NCBI GenBank assembly: GCA_002633005.1
Contig: NMRA01000660.1
Span: 113,442-177,441, forward strand
Direction: 5' to 3'
From: Phoronis australis
Taxonomy: Eukaryota > Animalia > Phoronida
Length of the DNA stretch: 64,000 nt
Position numbers and translations under genes: made by a program. Positions 1 to 13,518 of the stretch are shown here, in pieces (positions within the stretch are counted from its first letter, which is position 1; each line of letters begins with the position of its first letter). The notes under the pieces are model-generated. The model was not told where the DNA came from. It was given only the letters and a program-made list of their open reading frames with translations, and did not search any database.

Positions 1-120
1 TCTGGTCCCTGATCCGCCACTGGAACAGTACTAAAAACGTCACCACTAGTTTCTTCATCATCAGTATCAATAACATAATTAATGTCTCTCAAAAATTGTT
101 TTCCTGGTATTGTAATTAGT

Positions 121-402
121 CATAGGCAGATTTAGGGGGGGCGGGGGACCCCCCTGGCTGATGCAAGCAAAATGAAACAGCAACAGCGTGAAGCGTGAAG
201 AAATATGGAGTTCATCAACAAGGAACAGGAAGTCCCGGAGCGCGGCGGAATCGAGTTGCCGTTTTTTGGGGGGAACACCAGGTCAGTCACATCGCCGGCC
301 CCCGCAACTTTCGGGGCGGCTGTGCATACAATCGCGCTTTGCCAAATTTTCCAAGGCAGCATGTTGCCCCCCCCCCCTTATGTTATCCTAGATCCGCCAC
401 TG
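121..402. mobile_element. hAT-type MITE
   Basis: Imperfect TIRs CATAGGCAGATTTAGG / CCTAGATCCGCCACTG with G- and C-runs inside; another end of this type at 1-22. Confidence 0.7.
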
Positions 403-1424
403 TTAGTGCACATCAAAGATCAACTAAAGTTTGATGAACTACAGGGCTAATATTAAGCAAACAAATTGCAGTTCAGTGTGGGAACGTCAAAAGCGCAATT
501 AGTTGACCTGTCAACTGTGCTTCTTCTGCTAGTTTTATTTTAATCGCACTGTGAACCTTTTATGTTCACTTAGTGATAACTTAACCGTCGCAATGATGTT
601 TTTCGTTTTAAAATTGCTTCAGTTAATACTACAGGTACTCCAATATCGCCGCATTCGTTGCGATTCTATACTAGGGGATTCCATTGACAGGGAATTCCCT
701 GAGTATGCATGACAAGGGAGATAAGTCTTTATTTTGATACATAAACGAGTCGACAAATTCAGATTTTCTCATCTACAAGGATTATAATTACCATTTTCAA
801 GAACTTAGTCCTAACTGCTACAAAACTCATCCAAATTACAACAATGACGAAACGTTTTTCTGCGGTTTATTTGGCGCGGATACGAAACGATATGATCTCG
901 CGAGATCCAGCCTCATCACCCGTTTTTCGCGGTATTTTGTAAATGTGATGTGCCATATGTGAAAGACTAGTCGCTAACCGACTAGAACGACGTCTTTCGT
1001 GAAAATGCCTATTACGCAACTGCTATTCTAACCTAAAACAGCTGATGGCCGGTCGGCAGTTAAGGTCGGATGTAGAGTCGTCGGCCGGTCGTCGACTCCT
1101 AGCTGACCGGTCGGACAAAAATTTGTGATGTGTGCTGTACGTACACAATACTTCAAGCAATTTTAACAACCAGCATCAAGGCATAGCTAGGCGAAGCAAG
1201 AGTTGCATTTTGATTTTTCAAGTATTTCCAATTAATGATATTATATGTAATACTATTAGATTTTTTTTACATATCACTTCTTACCGTAAAATACAGTAGC
1301 ACGGTCTTAACAACCAAAATCTCTTGTTGAAAAATTCCTAGCTCATAGTTTGACAGGTTTTCGAAAGTGGTTCAAAGACTGGACATAAAAAGATGTCAGA
1401 GGCCAGACTATTTCTGGTATTGGG

Positions 1425-1531
1425 TCAGGGCCACGGGTCGGTGCATATAAAGAATGGCTTAATGTAATTGTTGTGCTTATTCACTAACTTTGGTGGGACA
1501 TCGCTCCTACAACCGTAGCTCAAGAATCTCG
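1425..1531 (-). pseudogene. Candidate next exon of the left paralog (ARFLSYGCRSDVPPK...ICTDPWP*)
   Basis: Pyrimidine-rich cccag acceptor, phase 1 compatible; early TGA; no recognised domain. Confidence 0.3.
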
Positions 1532-1920
1532 CTGGGTGAACAAACGTGTCAAAATGAAAAGTAAGCAATGAAATTAGGTTTGATTTGATAAATACAACAC
1601 ACGATCGAAACTCAGTCAAGCAGTCAGCCGGAAATTCAACACGAACTCTCACGGCTACATGTAGTCTCAGGGTCGCAAGCTCCAATAATACCCTCCATCA
1701 GAGCGCCACCATGACGGCTGAAAAGTGGCCTGGTGGAAACATAATGAACGACACACGGAACAACGTTTACGGACACTAATGCGCATGCCTTGGGAGGAAG
1801 TATGTCGATCACATCGCCACTACTTGCAAATGTCTTTATGCACTGTACTTGTTGGGATTAAGCCACTTGATCGGGGCTTCCTCGAATTTGTTTACCTCGA
1901 TCTCTGCTCGTTTTAACGAA

Positions 1921-3093
1921 TAGGCCTTTTGCGAGTTTATAACAATAACGCGAGATTATGTGAGACTTAACTGTGACGTGACGGGAAGTGGGGCAAAAGC
2001 TTGTCGTTTGGTCATTTGCCCAATACGGTAGCAGAGTGTATTCTGTTATTGTCTTCGAGTTTTTAGCCGTTTAGTTCCAAAAATGTCCAAGAGCATTGCT
2101 GTTATGGCAAATGAACTTCAGATTCGCACTACAATACGTTCTATTGCGTTCTGTACTAATTTCGTCCCGTGTATTTTAAACGGGCGGTAGGCGGAATCCG
2201 CTCACTGATAAAGTTTTCACCTCGTCGAAAATACATTCCACACCTAAAATTAGCATCTAAAAGTCTCTTACTTTCTTCAGTGACTCTTTTTGCTTCTAAA
2301 CATATCTTCGATGAAGCATATATACGGGAATTCAGGTGACTTAGGCGAAGAATTCCAACTCCACTTGTGATTACTGTTAACTTTGTCCGCGCGCGCGATT
2401 ACCACAATCAAGTATTTCAGCTGAGTCAGGTGAGTATGAGGCAAAGGCTAGCGCGATACTGAGCGAAGTGCGAGATCTGGCGCGTGACCTGCCGCGTGAC
2501 ACTTGCAAAATAGCATGAGAAAATATCAAGTGAAATTTGTAAGATTTGTGTCCCTTGGACTTTTTGTTCGTCAACAGGCGTGATTTCACTTAACTTCCTC
2601 AAAATGGCGGCTCTTTAGTGAGAGAATTTCGAGAGAACCGCGAGGTTTTCATGAATATGCTCAAGTTATTTGTAGACTAAATTGTGTCCAGAGTCAGGGT
2701 ATGTGTTAATTATAACTTCATGTGCACATATGCATGTTTCATTTGATTTTATTTGCTGTATTTTGAAGTGAATATCTTTTTATGGGGATACACTATCACC
2801 TCTGTATGCCTGCGCCATTCAGGCCTAGAGCGGGTTAAGTTCCAATTTCAGTCCGTTCACTACTTCGCACAACATAACAGGGTCACATTTTCTTTGTCTA
2901 TTCACAGTTATTCCACGACCCATCTACCATATCTTAAGTTGTTTTAACGTTTTAGGCGTAAAATTCACCATAAGAACTCCAGTAAGTTTTAGCGTGTGTA
3001 GCAAAGACTCGGAGCAAAACAAGAGCAATATGGCGGGTTTTGCCCCTTTCCGGTGACGTCACAGTGACTAGCGAGAAACTCGCAAGTGAGCTA
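1921..3093. mobile_element. Non-autonomous DNA transposon with TAG...CTA termini (Academ-like), copy 1
   Basis: Ends TAGGCCTTTTGCGAGTTT / AAACTCGCAAGTGAGCTA plus subterminal inverted CTGTGACGT..CGGGAAG..GGCAAAA; superfamily inferred from termini only. Confidence 0.75.
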
Positions 3094-3141
3094 TTGCAAC
3101 TATTCAAGTTAACGGAGGTCGCCATACTCGGTAACTATGAA

Positions 3142-4296
3142 CAGTTCTTTTGCCAGTTTATAACAATAACGCGAGTTTATGTGAGACTTAACTGTGACGT
3201 CACGGGAAGTGGGCAAAAGCTTGTCGTTTGACCATTTGCCCAATACGGTAACAGAATGTATTATGTTATTTTCTTCGCGTTTTTAGCCGTTTAGTTCGAA
3301 AAATGCCAAACAAGCATTGCTGTTATGGCAAATGAAATTCAGATTCGCACTACAATACGTTATATCGCGTTCTGTACTAATTTCGTCCCCGGCGTGTATT
3401 TTAAACGGACGGTAGGCGATATCAGCTCACTGATTAAGTTTTCACCTCGTCAAAAATACATTCTACACTTAAAATTATCACCTAGAAAGGCGCTTACTTT
3501 CTTCAGTGATCCTTTCTGCTTCCAAACATATCTTCGATGAAGCATAGCTACCGGAATTCAGGTGACTTAGGCGAAGAATTCCAACTCCACTTTGCGGTTA
3601 CTGTTTACTTTGACCGCGAGCGCGATAACCACAAAGTATTTCAGCCGAGTCAGGTGAGTGTGAGGCAAAGGCTAGCGCGAGACTGAGCGAAGCTCGAGAC
3701 CTGGCGCATCACACTTGCAAAATAGCATGAGCAAATATTAAGTAAAATTTGTAAGATTTGTGTCCCTTGGACTTTTTGTTCGTCAGGCGTGATTTTGCTT
3801 AACTTTCTCAAAATGGCGCGCAGTCAGAGAAGCACGAGCGAACCCCGAGTTTCATAGAAAAGTTCAAGTTATCTGCAGACTAAATTGTGTCCAGAGTCAG
3901 GGTATGTGTTAATTGTAGCTCCATGTACATATATGTATGTTTCATTTCATTTTATTTGCTGTATTTGAAGTGAGTAACTTTTTATGGGGATACACTATCG
4001 CCCCTGTACGCCTGCGGCATTCAGGCCTTGACCGGGTTGAGTTCCAATTTCAGTCCGTTCACAGCTTCGCACAACATAACAAGTTCACATTTTCTCCGTC
4101 CATACACAGTTATTCCACGATCCATCTACCATCTCTTAAGTTGTGTTAAGGTTTTAAGCGTAAAATTCACCATAAGAACTCTAGTAAGATTTAGCATGTG
4201 TAGCAAAGACTCGAGGCAAAACAAGAGCAATATGACGGGTTTTGCCTCTTTTCCGGTGACGTCACATTGACTAACGAGAAACTTGCAAGTGAGCTA
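3142..4296. mobile_element. Same element, copy 2, in direct orientation
   Basis: Colinear with 1921-3093 over about 1.15 kb; 48-bp spacer between copies. Confidence 0.8.
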
Positions 4297-4636
4297 GGGA
4301 GTTTTCCAGATTTCAAGCAATGGAAATGGCTGTAAGTTATTACGTCGGTGTCATTACTTTAACCATTGTGAAACCATTTTAAGTAACATTAGTCAGTGGT
4401 ACATTTCGTAGCTCTGTGAAACAGTGTAGCTCTAATAACAGAATACATTGGTCACGTGCCGGAGTTGGCATTCAATGATAGAACTGAAAGTGAATGCCAC
4501 TTTTAAGTTAGCATACTAAATGTTTTTTAACCTCAACAGTTCGTCTGAAGATATGAAATGTCTTGTAAATCCTATCGGGTTTTAGGACGACTATTTACGT
4601 CAATTTCATTCAGTATCTCATCATGACACAACTTAC

Positions 4637-4683
4637 CTTTTACCCTTGCACTTGTGAAATTATATCCTGCACAAGAGCCATAC
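4637..4683 (-). CDS. Small exon following LCCL, left paralog (GYGSCAGYNFTSARVK)
   Basis: Phase 2-1 fits the LCCL exon; gtaagt donor; homologous to 58095-58144. Confidence 0.7.
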
Positions 4684-5058
4684 CTTCATGAATAAACAAA
4701 TCACTGTATTACACTGTCAACTTAAACACAATATGCTCGATCATGTGAAATAATACAAACATGAAATAGAAGATAGCAATAACATCAAAACCAAATATGC
4801 CATCATTATCACAGTCACCACAAACGGGGAAAACTTAATTACACAAACTGATAATAAAATAATACACTATTTATCAATGAAAATCACTTAATTCTTTTAA
4901 GGAATTCTTGAGAAAATGAGTAGCTTGTCGAAAGATAACATATTTAACACATTACAAGTGCCAGGGAGAAACTAACCGTGCAAAAACAGGGGATTTGGAA
5001 CGAAATACGAATTGGAGCTCAGCGATATTTTAAATCAATGCTAGATTGTTGTTCTTAC

Positions 5059-5204
5059 CCTCTTGTTGTAAACCCATAACGCCTTGTTCTGTAATACTTG
5101 TGTAATTTAAACTGTGACGACCACGTGACCGTTCTATCTCTCTGATTGTCGCTCCAAGGTAAGATTCTACCATCATGCCAAGCAGCCCGACAAATACTTG
5201 AATC
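5059..5204 (-). CDS. LCCL-domain exon, left paralog (DSSICRAAWHDGRILPWSDNQRDRTVTWSSQFKLHKYYRTRRYGFTTR); possibly pseudogene
   Basis: DSSICRAAxHxG is the LCCL core; 146 nt between ttcag and gtaag; adjacent 5205-5330 looks like the LCCL N-half with stops. Confidence 0.75.
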
Positions 5205-5711
5205 CTGAATTGATTAAAGGCATACCATTCACACTGGAGGTAAAGTTCTACTGTCACTGGCTGGGAAGTGAACTTTACAAGAAGAACCACCAGTCATATC
5301 CCTTGACACTTAATTGTAGTACCAGCAGCTTTATTTAAATTATTGCACAAAACCAAACAAATGCATGTGCATAATATTTTCTTAAAAATGTTTGAATTTA
5401 TTTTTAAAGCCCCATGAAACGGTCACCCAACTAAAAATTAACGTTCGTTTCACAAGTAGGTCACAAAATTCATAGCACATATCGTTTTCAAATTAGGAAG
5501 TTTCAGGAGTCTTCTACCTGTATTTCTTATTTGACGTTTGGGAGTATATCTTGCTGAACAGTAATCTATGCCGAAAAGTGTCAAGAATTCCTGGCATTTA
5601 ATTAGATGATTTTGTTTGAGTTATTAAGTAATTAAACCGGATGATTCTGAGGGGCCTGCCCAAATAATGTTTTTACATGTGTATTTATCAGCAGTGTGTG
5701 GATTTTCTTCG

Positions 5712-6191
5712 AGATGCTATGTCTCATTAAAACCGTGAATGTTCAAATTTGCAGTATTAGCGCCACCTAATGACTTCCTGGAGAACTGCGTGTACATGTA
5801 TAAGTATAATCAGGAAAAGAAGACACACCTGACAAACTTCATTTTGGATGCAGAGTGTCATGGGAAAATTAGGATACATGTACCTACCCATTTACATAGT
5901 AATACCATGTGAAAATGATGAGACTTTCTACAATTACAAAAGGCAACCTTTTATTATTTGTGTATTTCACTATCAAATAACGATTGCGAAATATTTGAAA
6001 TTACTAGGTTTTTATGTGTCCACACTTGCTTTTCAGAGTAACAGTTGTGGGGTCTTCTGTAAAAAATCGCATCAAATTACAAATTGTTTCTTTTCCTAAT
6101 TATACTTGTACACACAATTCTCCATGAAATCACTAGGTTGCGCTAATTCTACACATTTGAATGTTTACGGTTTTAATAAGACATAGCATCT
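5712..6191. mobile_element. MITE with about 95-bp TIRs (AGATGCTATGTC...GACATAGCATCT-TTAA), Kolobok-type
   Basis: 5712-5806 is the reverse complement of about 6098-6191; TTAA follows the right end. Confidence 0.75.
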
Positions 6192-6195
6192 TTAA

Positions 6196-6985
6196 AGGAG
6201 AATGCCACCCAAAAAACAACCTTGTATCAATTTAGATCGAGTAGTTCTACTCGATAACGGCACGTTCGGTTGCGTTACCTGACACCTGGCAGCAGACGGA
6301 GGTGTTGAAAGTACCCAATGACGTCATTGGTATCACCTACAGTCTGTTCAGCAGTTCACAACACGGGTTATTGGTGTAAGCTTATCGCTTGAATTCATCG
6401 TTTAACCCTTAAAATACACCTAGTTCTATTACGGATTTATTTATATTTGGATACACAATAGCCTACAAAGTTCGGCATACCAATTTACCAAGGTCCGTAG
6501 CAGGAGTTTGGGGTCTGTTCGGAAAAAAATCGAAGTATTCTTCCGTGAAATACAGATAGCAGAACCTAGATCCGTCTTGTTTAGAGTTGTGATTTTTTGA
6601 GTCCTAAACACGCAAAACGTTTGTTAATTCTGTCAGTGGTTCGGAATCAGGCTCTTCGCGGCCGGACTGACTCGTTATTGCGGCCAGTGGCTCGGAACCC
6701 GATCAGGCCCGTCGCGGGCACCGGGACTGGCGCGAACATAAACCAGCTTGAGTTGGAAACTCAACCTCCAGTCACGAAAAGACTATAACAGTTACCCAAA
6801 GAAGTAATGTACACGTAATTATTTATGTGAATTAGCCACGAAACTGAAAATCTACTTACTTTTCGGGTGCCGCGAAGTCGGGTACCCCTTCCACAGACCG
6901 TCAGGGCAAAGGTTGTACAGTAACACTGATTTGAATAATGCATTTGTATTTCTAAATAAAGATTCCCCTAACATGTCACCATCTA
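6196..6985 (-). mobile_element. Partial Kolobok-type element, same family as 52441-54118
   Basis: Starts TTAA-AGGAGAATGCCACCC; inverted homology to about 53290-54118. Confidence 0.8.
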
Positions 6986-8264
6986 TTATATAAAATTCAT
7001 CGTTTGCACGAAGTCCGTCTCCCCTACTCCATTACAGACCTTCGTTGTGCCCGTTAGTTTTGGAACCGCCTTGGTATTGCACCAGCCCCCTATTTGGATT
7101 CGAAGTGTTCTATTTTTTCTCGCCGTTTTTTCGTGGACGCGGAGGGAGGGTGGTCAGTTTCGCACTGGCCTTGGTGACGTCAGTCCGTAGGCTTAATTTC
7201 ACTCCCTCCGGCTTCTGTCGCGTATATAATTCATTGGGCCTGTCGCCGCCAAAATTAATGATGCCTCATTAAAAAATGTTAACTCTTCCTTGAGTAAACT
7301 AAATTATATACCTGGGTGTTGGAAATTTGGCGTTCTTCATTTATTCTGATGCGAAAATTGCGATACGCTCTTTGAGCGCCATTGCGTCACCTATTGGCCA
7401 ATTTCCATGTTCTTCAATCAACTGTGAGGTTGCGTACGTGTCATAACGATTCAACGTGGTGTCAATTGGTTACAATTTTTTGCTATTTTAATACCAGAAA
7501 ACCCAATTTTAGAACAAACTCTCGAGATATATTGCAAAATTTTAGGAAATGGCGTGTACGTGCGCGTGTCACGAGTATGCACTGTTTTCAAAAACGACGA
7601 CAGGTTTTCCTTTGTTACAAAAGGCGGAGAATTACGTCTATAAACGGCTGTAACGGGAAAGATGAATGTCGCTTCATTCCCAGATTTTGCAGGCTCTCCT
7701 GCAGTTTGTTAGCTCTAAGATTCACGACGAGGTGACGAGCTGAACACGAGGGTTGTGTGAAATTTCGGTGTCTAACGGAGCTCTACACACGGCTACCTCA
7801 GAAGCTGTGTGTTGACGATAGTCTTCATACAGCTAGCTGGCTTACTACCTCAGTATGTACATTTATAATGCAACTTTGTAAATACATCTATATATTTTGT
7901 GCACTTTACAATATTTTAAATGCATTCTTAGTTTTTACTTTAAAGAATATCTGATTACCGTACTTAAGTTGTGTTACGGCACGGTCAAGTGTTCTGGTAA
8001 GAAATTTGTACTGCCCGGGGAAGCATCCCGCAGCCCCAAACGTTGTCTTCTAAATCTGACAGTGAAATATTCTGCTTGAAGCTTTGAACACAGTCTCTTC
8101 AAGAAGTATTCCTGTGTCTTGCGATGAACACCAATGTTCACTCTTAGGTGTAGCTATCCCCCCTCGGCGTTTCACTAGCTGCTACCCGTGCGAAAGCGTG
8201 ATATTATGTTTGGTTTTGGATCAAAATTTAACATGACATCCTTTAGGTTACCATTACGCACTTT

Positions 8265-8535
8265 TGCATACATGCTGGCATTCAAATATGCATCCATGCA
8301 TACATACATGCATGTATGCATACATACATAAATATAAAAGAAATGGACATGAATGCGTACATGCATGCGTACGTGTATAAATACATACACACACACATGT
8401 TAACGCACACTTCTATGCATACATACGTGCACACATGGACACGCAAATATCAATACATACATACATTCGTACGTTAACACAATATTCACATATACATTCA
8501 TAAAACCAACATACATGCAACTTACTTACATACAC
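8265..8535. repeat. Degenerate (CATA/CA)n microsatellite
   Basis: Visible repeats; inverted counterpart at 55400-55712 shares a flank. Confidence 0.85.
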
Positions 8536-8647
8536 TGAATAAATACGTGCGTTTTCTCATTATATAAGTTCTTTTTATATTTGGATGACATTGAAAAACA
8601 CAATCAATACAAACACCACTGTCTGATGCACTTAGATGAAACTTCAT

Positions 8648-8708
8648 CACTACAACCACCAATACAACCACAACAACCGCAACAACAACAACTAAAACAA
8701 CAACAACT
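8648..8708. repeat. (CAA)n microsatellite
   Basis: Visible. Confidence 0.9.
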
Positions 8709-11009
8709 TCATGTACTGCTCTCATTTCTGTTTATACCTCTACAGCTTCCATAGGTTGGTTAAAGAGTACCGTTCTACTCCTCTTTACTTACATAAGTGT
8801 ACGACCCAGTCCCCCACACTCTATGTGCAGAATCTGTACACTCTCTCTTTGGACATATATATCTATAACAGAAGACATCCGCTATACATAAGCGAAACTA
8901 CTGTTTCAAGTGCGACCAGTTTCAAGAAACAAGCCGCTAAGTTCATTTCTGTAACTCCAATGGACTGACATTGGACATCCATTCTCTCTTATGGAAACAG
9001 AGCCCACGACAGCATCATGCACTATCTGGTCGTTAAGCAATAACGCATTAAATAGCAATGTCGTTCAACTTCTAGTATATAAATCTTACTTTGAACATGC
9101 AAATATGGTTCTAAAAAGTATCTTCACAGTAGTACTCTGACCACATTTAGGACATACATCGGTAAATGTCACTTCCTTTAGCATACTACATGATTGCAGG
9201 ACAAAGGAAGTTGTGTCGCATTTCCGTAGTGAAGCCAGGGAGGAGTTCAATAACTTTAGCTCCACCCTAAAGACGAGATTTTGCAAGATTCCGCGAGATA
9301 TGGCAACGTATTTTCAATAATTCGCATGTGATTTTAAAACCCCGCAAGACAGTTATTGAATTTTACCCTGACTATTCGTGACAACGTGTTAATGGACATT
9401 TTTGAGCGATCAAAGAACACAAGCATATTCGGGTTTAATTGTTGCTAATTTATTCCACATGTTTTGATACTTCATTTCACTTATTAACTCTGTCACTTGC
9501 CCGTAAACTATGTGTGATGCTATGGGCTGAGTATATACTGCCGAAAAAACATGTACTAACCCGGTACAGCATAATAACACACCTACAGCGTATGTAACAT
9601 ACGTGGAGCGACTTCATCAGTGCTTGCAACCCTTCCTCTGTTTGCAACCGCACAGCCAAATTCACTCTCTCAAAGTGAAGGGAACATTTCGTACGTTCTT
9701 TGCGTATATGCGTTTTCATTAACTTTTGCTAAGTTCATAAACGTTTTGTGGTATTCAGCGGGGGACCTTTGACGGATGAATAATTGGGTGATGTTTAAAT
9801 TGAAAAATAAAACCGATGTCACTCACAAAGCAATCCAAAAACAAAGCCCATTTATTCAGGCACTTGTTCATCAGTATGCATGTATTTGTCTTAGAAAAGA
9901 AGGCTTGTCCAAAGTTATCCAAAAGTCTTTGCGGTGACATTTTATTTGCAGCTCGACCTACCTCGAACTTTCAGCTGTGCCTTTAAAAAACTACAGGTAT
10001 GAAAGGATTTTTTAAGTTAATAATTTCATTTTATGTTTGAAAATGAAACCGGCAAAACGTGAGTGAAAGAAACCAAGATTTAGCTTTGTAGTATGGTTTC
10101 CGTTAATAGTTTTTCACGCTTGGCTGTTTTAGTGTTCATGTAATGTGTACTTTCACGCTGTAAAATAATCACACTCACGGCTGACCCCTGCCATTGAAGT
10201 AGTCACTGCATCGCCCAGTTGCGTCGCTGTTCAACAGTTGACAGAAGAGTGAACCTGAAATGCACAGAAAGGCATGGTCGTGTTTATGATTCCCATGGAT
10301 TAGACTCGAAATTGTTTCTGTCTGTTTTTACTTTTGTACTAGTACATTGAAAGCTACGTAATTCTAGTTCGCACTTTATAACCCCGGTATTAACTTTAAA
10401 ATTTTAAACCTCATCCCCGGAGCTTGGTAATGCAAAAGTTTCGATTAGCAAGATAACTCATTTATGGTTAAGCATAACACTGTCACATTTGTAACGAAAC
10501 ATTTTACGTTTCGTGCGACATCGTCTACAAGAAGTGCGACTCCTGTCTTCACGCATTCACTATTGAGCGACAATTTGCGGATTCCTCTGCGGCGATGACC
10601 AAGTGCAGCTGAAGGTACTTGCTATGGATTTTTGCAATCCACGTGTTCCACAGCAATTGGAAATCAGGATTCTTTAAACGTGGTGGGTTTACTGAGGTTG
10701 TCCCCCTGAGATAAAAGTTCTACATATATTACGGTTGTAGGACACTTTTGACGCCCGTGCTTTACGAGCAGAATCGCTACAGTGTATATCCACTTGTAAA
10801 ATCGGATCATGCCAGCTCTGAAAAAGGTTGTGCGCTCGTAATGCACGCCCGTAAAATAAGCTCATTAATTACGCTCATGATTGACGAAGTGCAAAAGAGT
10901 AGCAAACAGCATCGTTGCCCTGCGAAGGAAACTATTTGTCCGTGAATCACGTTTGTAAATTACGTGCCTTCTTCACGTAATCCGTATGTCAGTAACCTTT
11001 CTTGGAGCA

Positions 11010-11168
11010 GCCTCCCGTTCAGTAACGCTAGGACCTAGATTAAAAGCAAGACTTTGCGAGATTACGCGAGATATTGCCGTGTATTTCAAATATTAAGAGC
11101 ACGTGACCTTGACTAGCTTTTGGCTAGATCCTAGCGTGGGTCCTAGCGTCTACTGAACGCATGCCAGG
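11010..11168 (+). mobile_element. About 160-bp short element with internal inverted repeats (GTTCAGTAACGCTAGGACC)
   Basis: Inverted copy at 44729-44885; partial copy near 9270-9340. Confidence 0.7.
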
Positions 11169-11967
11169 TTACTAATGTCGTTGGAATGATTGCCTATTCA
11201 CTCGTTATACGTTTTTTCAGGACGCTGACGAATATTGGATTTTTTACAAGTATCCGTGTCCAACAATATACATGTGGGAACTTTGAAGAAAAGGCCTAGC
11301 AGATCTTGAAATTTGTTCTCTAATTCTAAGTTGTAATGTGTACCATCTTTGCAAATCGTTATGTGTTCGATAATACACACTTTTAGTGTCCCGAATGACT
11401 TAAAATATCATAAGAATAGAAATTAATTTGGAGTAGAACAGAATTCATGGAATGGATGTCCAGCCCCAGTGAACACGGTTCGTTTTTTCCAGCACCATTG
11501 CTTTTAATACCGGTCGATAAGGCAACGTAACCTGGTCATCGGATGTTCTAGATTTGACGACAAAAAAGAAAATATTGTGCCCCAGGTCCTCACACAAATG
11601 TGAATGTGCTTCCTTCAAACATGAAGCATGGTTTTTAAAACCTTAAAAGGAAACAATATATATATGTTGACAAACGATCCAAATATACCTGTATGGCGGG
11701 GGCATGTGATAAAAGGTAATGGTTACCAACCGGAGTGTATCGTGAAATGTTTTATCAAGTCTTGCGCATGACCATAGTGCTGGATATTACCTGTACGTGG
11801 AGAGCATAATAATGTTGTGTTGAGTAGGACATCGGAGAAACTAAAACTGTATGTTTATCATGGGCCAAGAGAAATCACTCGTTACAAACAATACACAGGA
11901 TGTCTCCTGTCACATTTTCGTCAAGACTGTGACAGAGTGGAGAAAAAATTTCGTGTTTTACACCAAT

Positions 11968-12096
11968 CAGGAGGATCCAGATTTTTTTAAAAAGGGGGGA
12001 ATCAAAAATTCGAAAATTCGAGATTTTTATTCACTAATATCAAGGGAAAAAGGAGTCCGGACCCATTTCAACCACCCGCCCTTGGATCAGCCTATG
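11968..12096. mobile_element. Degenerate hAT-type MITE
   Basis: CAGGAGGATCCAG...GGGGG / CCC..TTGGATCAGCCTATG ends. Confidence 0.55.
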
Positions 12097-13390
12097 ATAT
12101 CGCTGTGATCACTTATTGACGTGTTTCTTTATCAGTGAGAAAAATACTCCTTTTTACTTGCCCTCAAAATAGTTCATCAGATATCGCCAGGAGACTGCAG
12201 TCGCGTGATATGAACTATGTCAACAGATGGCGTCAGACGTCAGAGGCCTCATCGAACTCCTGTTCATCAAGATGTCTTACCTCGAAAAAGCAATTCTGGT
12301 CAGGTGTCTATTTTTATGTACTCACAATTATGGTTCAAGCACGTATTAAGTCATTGGGTATAGTCTTAGTTCACATTTGATGACCTCTAGATTCAAGACC
12401 CGGATTAAAGTTCGAAAGTTCGTGTAAACCTTCGATTTCAATAAAAAATCGAAATTTCGAATTTGACTAGGACTTAAAGCTTTATGATAGACTCATCGAG
12501 TAAAACTGAGATAGATCCAGCTAAACGGAACTCCATCAAAAAACACTCAACTTATATATTGAGTTAAGCTCATACAAAACCAGCACGGAAAATGTCAAAA
12601 GCAATATCGAGTCCGGGATCAAAGATTCAACCAACGCCTTGATATTTGATATTTTCTGTTCTTTATCAATTCGACAATATATGTATTTTTGATATCGTGC
12701 TATAGTGCAATATTCTGCACACAGAAGCACACGTACATAACCCATGCAAGCTCATGCGTTAGTATTGAAGGTCATAAAAGGTACACATTTGAGTTTAAAT
12801 ATACGATTTCCAGGAAATGGCTCCAATTAGCATTCATAATGTACGAACATGGGTCATCAACTCATCGTGGTAAACCCTAATGTACTCATAAACAGTCTGA
12901 TTGAGACTTAAACTGAGTTCAAACTACATCAAAACAGAAAATGTAAAACAGACATTATTGAATCTTTTATTCGGAGATTGGATTTCGAACACTAGGTGTG
13001 GTGTAATATACATGTACCAAACCAATTTGCTTATGCATAAATGTACACCTAGACGTCAATCATGGCATTATTACCATGTTTGAAAGGGTTTTGTACAATT
13101 TTGCATGTTCTGCTTACCACTTTAAGCATTTTATTCGATTTATATGACCCGATATTAATAGATCAAATAGTAATTTCTAAAACCGGAAGTTAAAAAATGT
13201 CCTCTTATCCCAAAATGCTGCATTCACTCGCTTTTCCGTTCTAATAACTTTGCTCAATGTTTACGACGACGGCAGTGACACCACGTGATCGGGGAAAAGC
13301 TAATGCAGCAGTGTTTGCATTGGGCGACTTGCTCAACTTCAAATGTTTAAAATACGTATTAAAGTAAGTAAAAATCACAAATTGGCTATA

Positions 13391-13518
13391 GGTAACATTA
13401 TCCTTTATTATGCAGCGTCAAATAGGAGCACCAGGTAACACTACCTTTTATTATGCAGCATCAAATATGAGCAAATGGTAACATTACCCTTTATTATGCA
13501 GCACCAAATAGGAGCACC
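13391..13518. repeat. Minisatellite, 3 x about 43 bp
   Basis: Unit GGTAACATTAYCCTTTATTATGCAGCxxCAAATAGGAGCACC. Confidence 0.9.

Noticed and set aside
1340-5240. In-frame TGA codons as possible selenocysteine
   Set aside because: TAA stops and frameshifts occur in the same regions, the LCCL TGA aligns to Trp rather than Cys, and no SECIS was recognised
5030-5290. 86-aa ORF in the track (FRIQVFVGLLG frame)
   Set aside because: Alternative frame over the LCCL exon; interrupted in the paralog, whereas the DSSIC frame is conserved
5885-5930. Exon-like segment with a gtaggt donor upstream of the left LCCL exon
   Set aside because: Lies inside the 5712-6191 MITE and has no counterpart in the right paralog
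8175-8725. Hydrophobic or poly-Val ORFs (also 55501-56027)
   Set aside because: Translations of micro- and minisatellites
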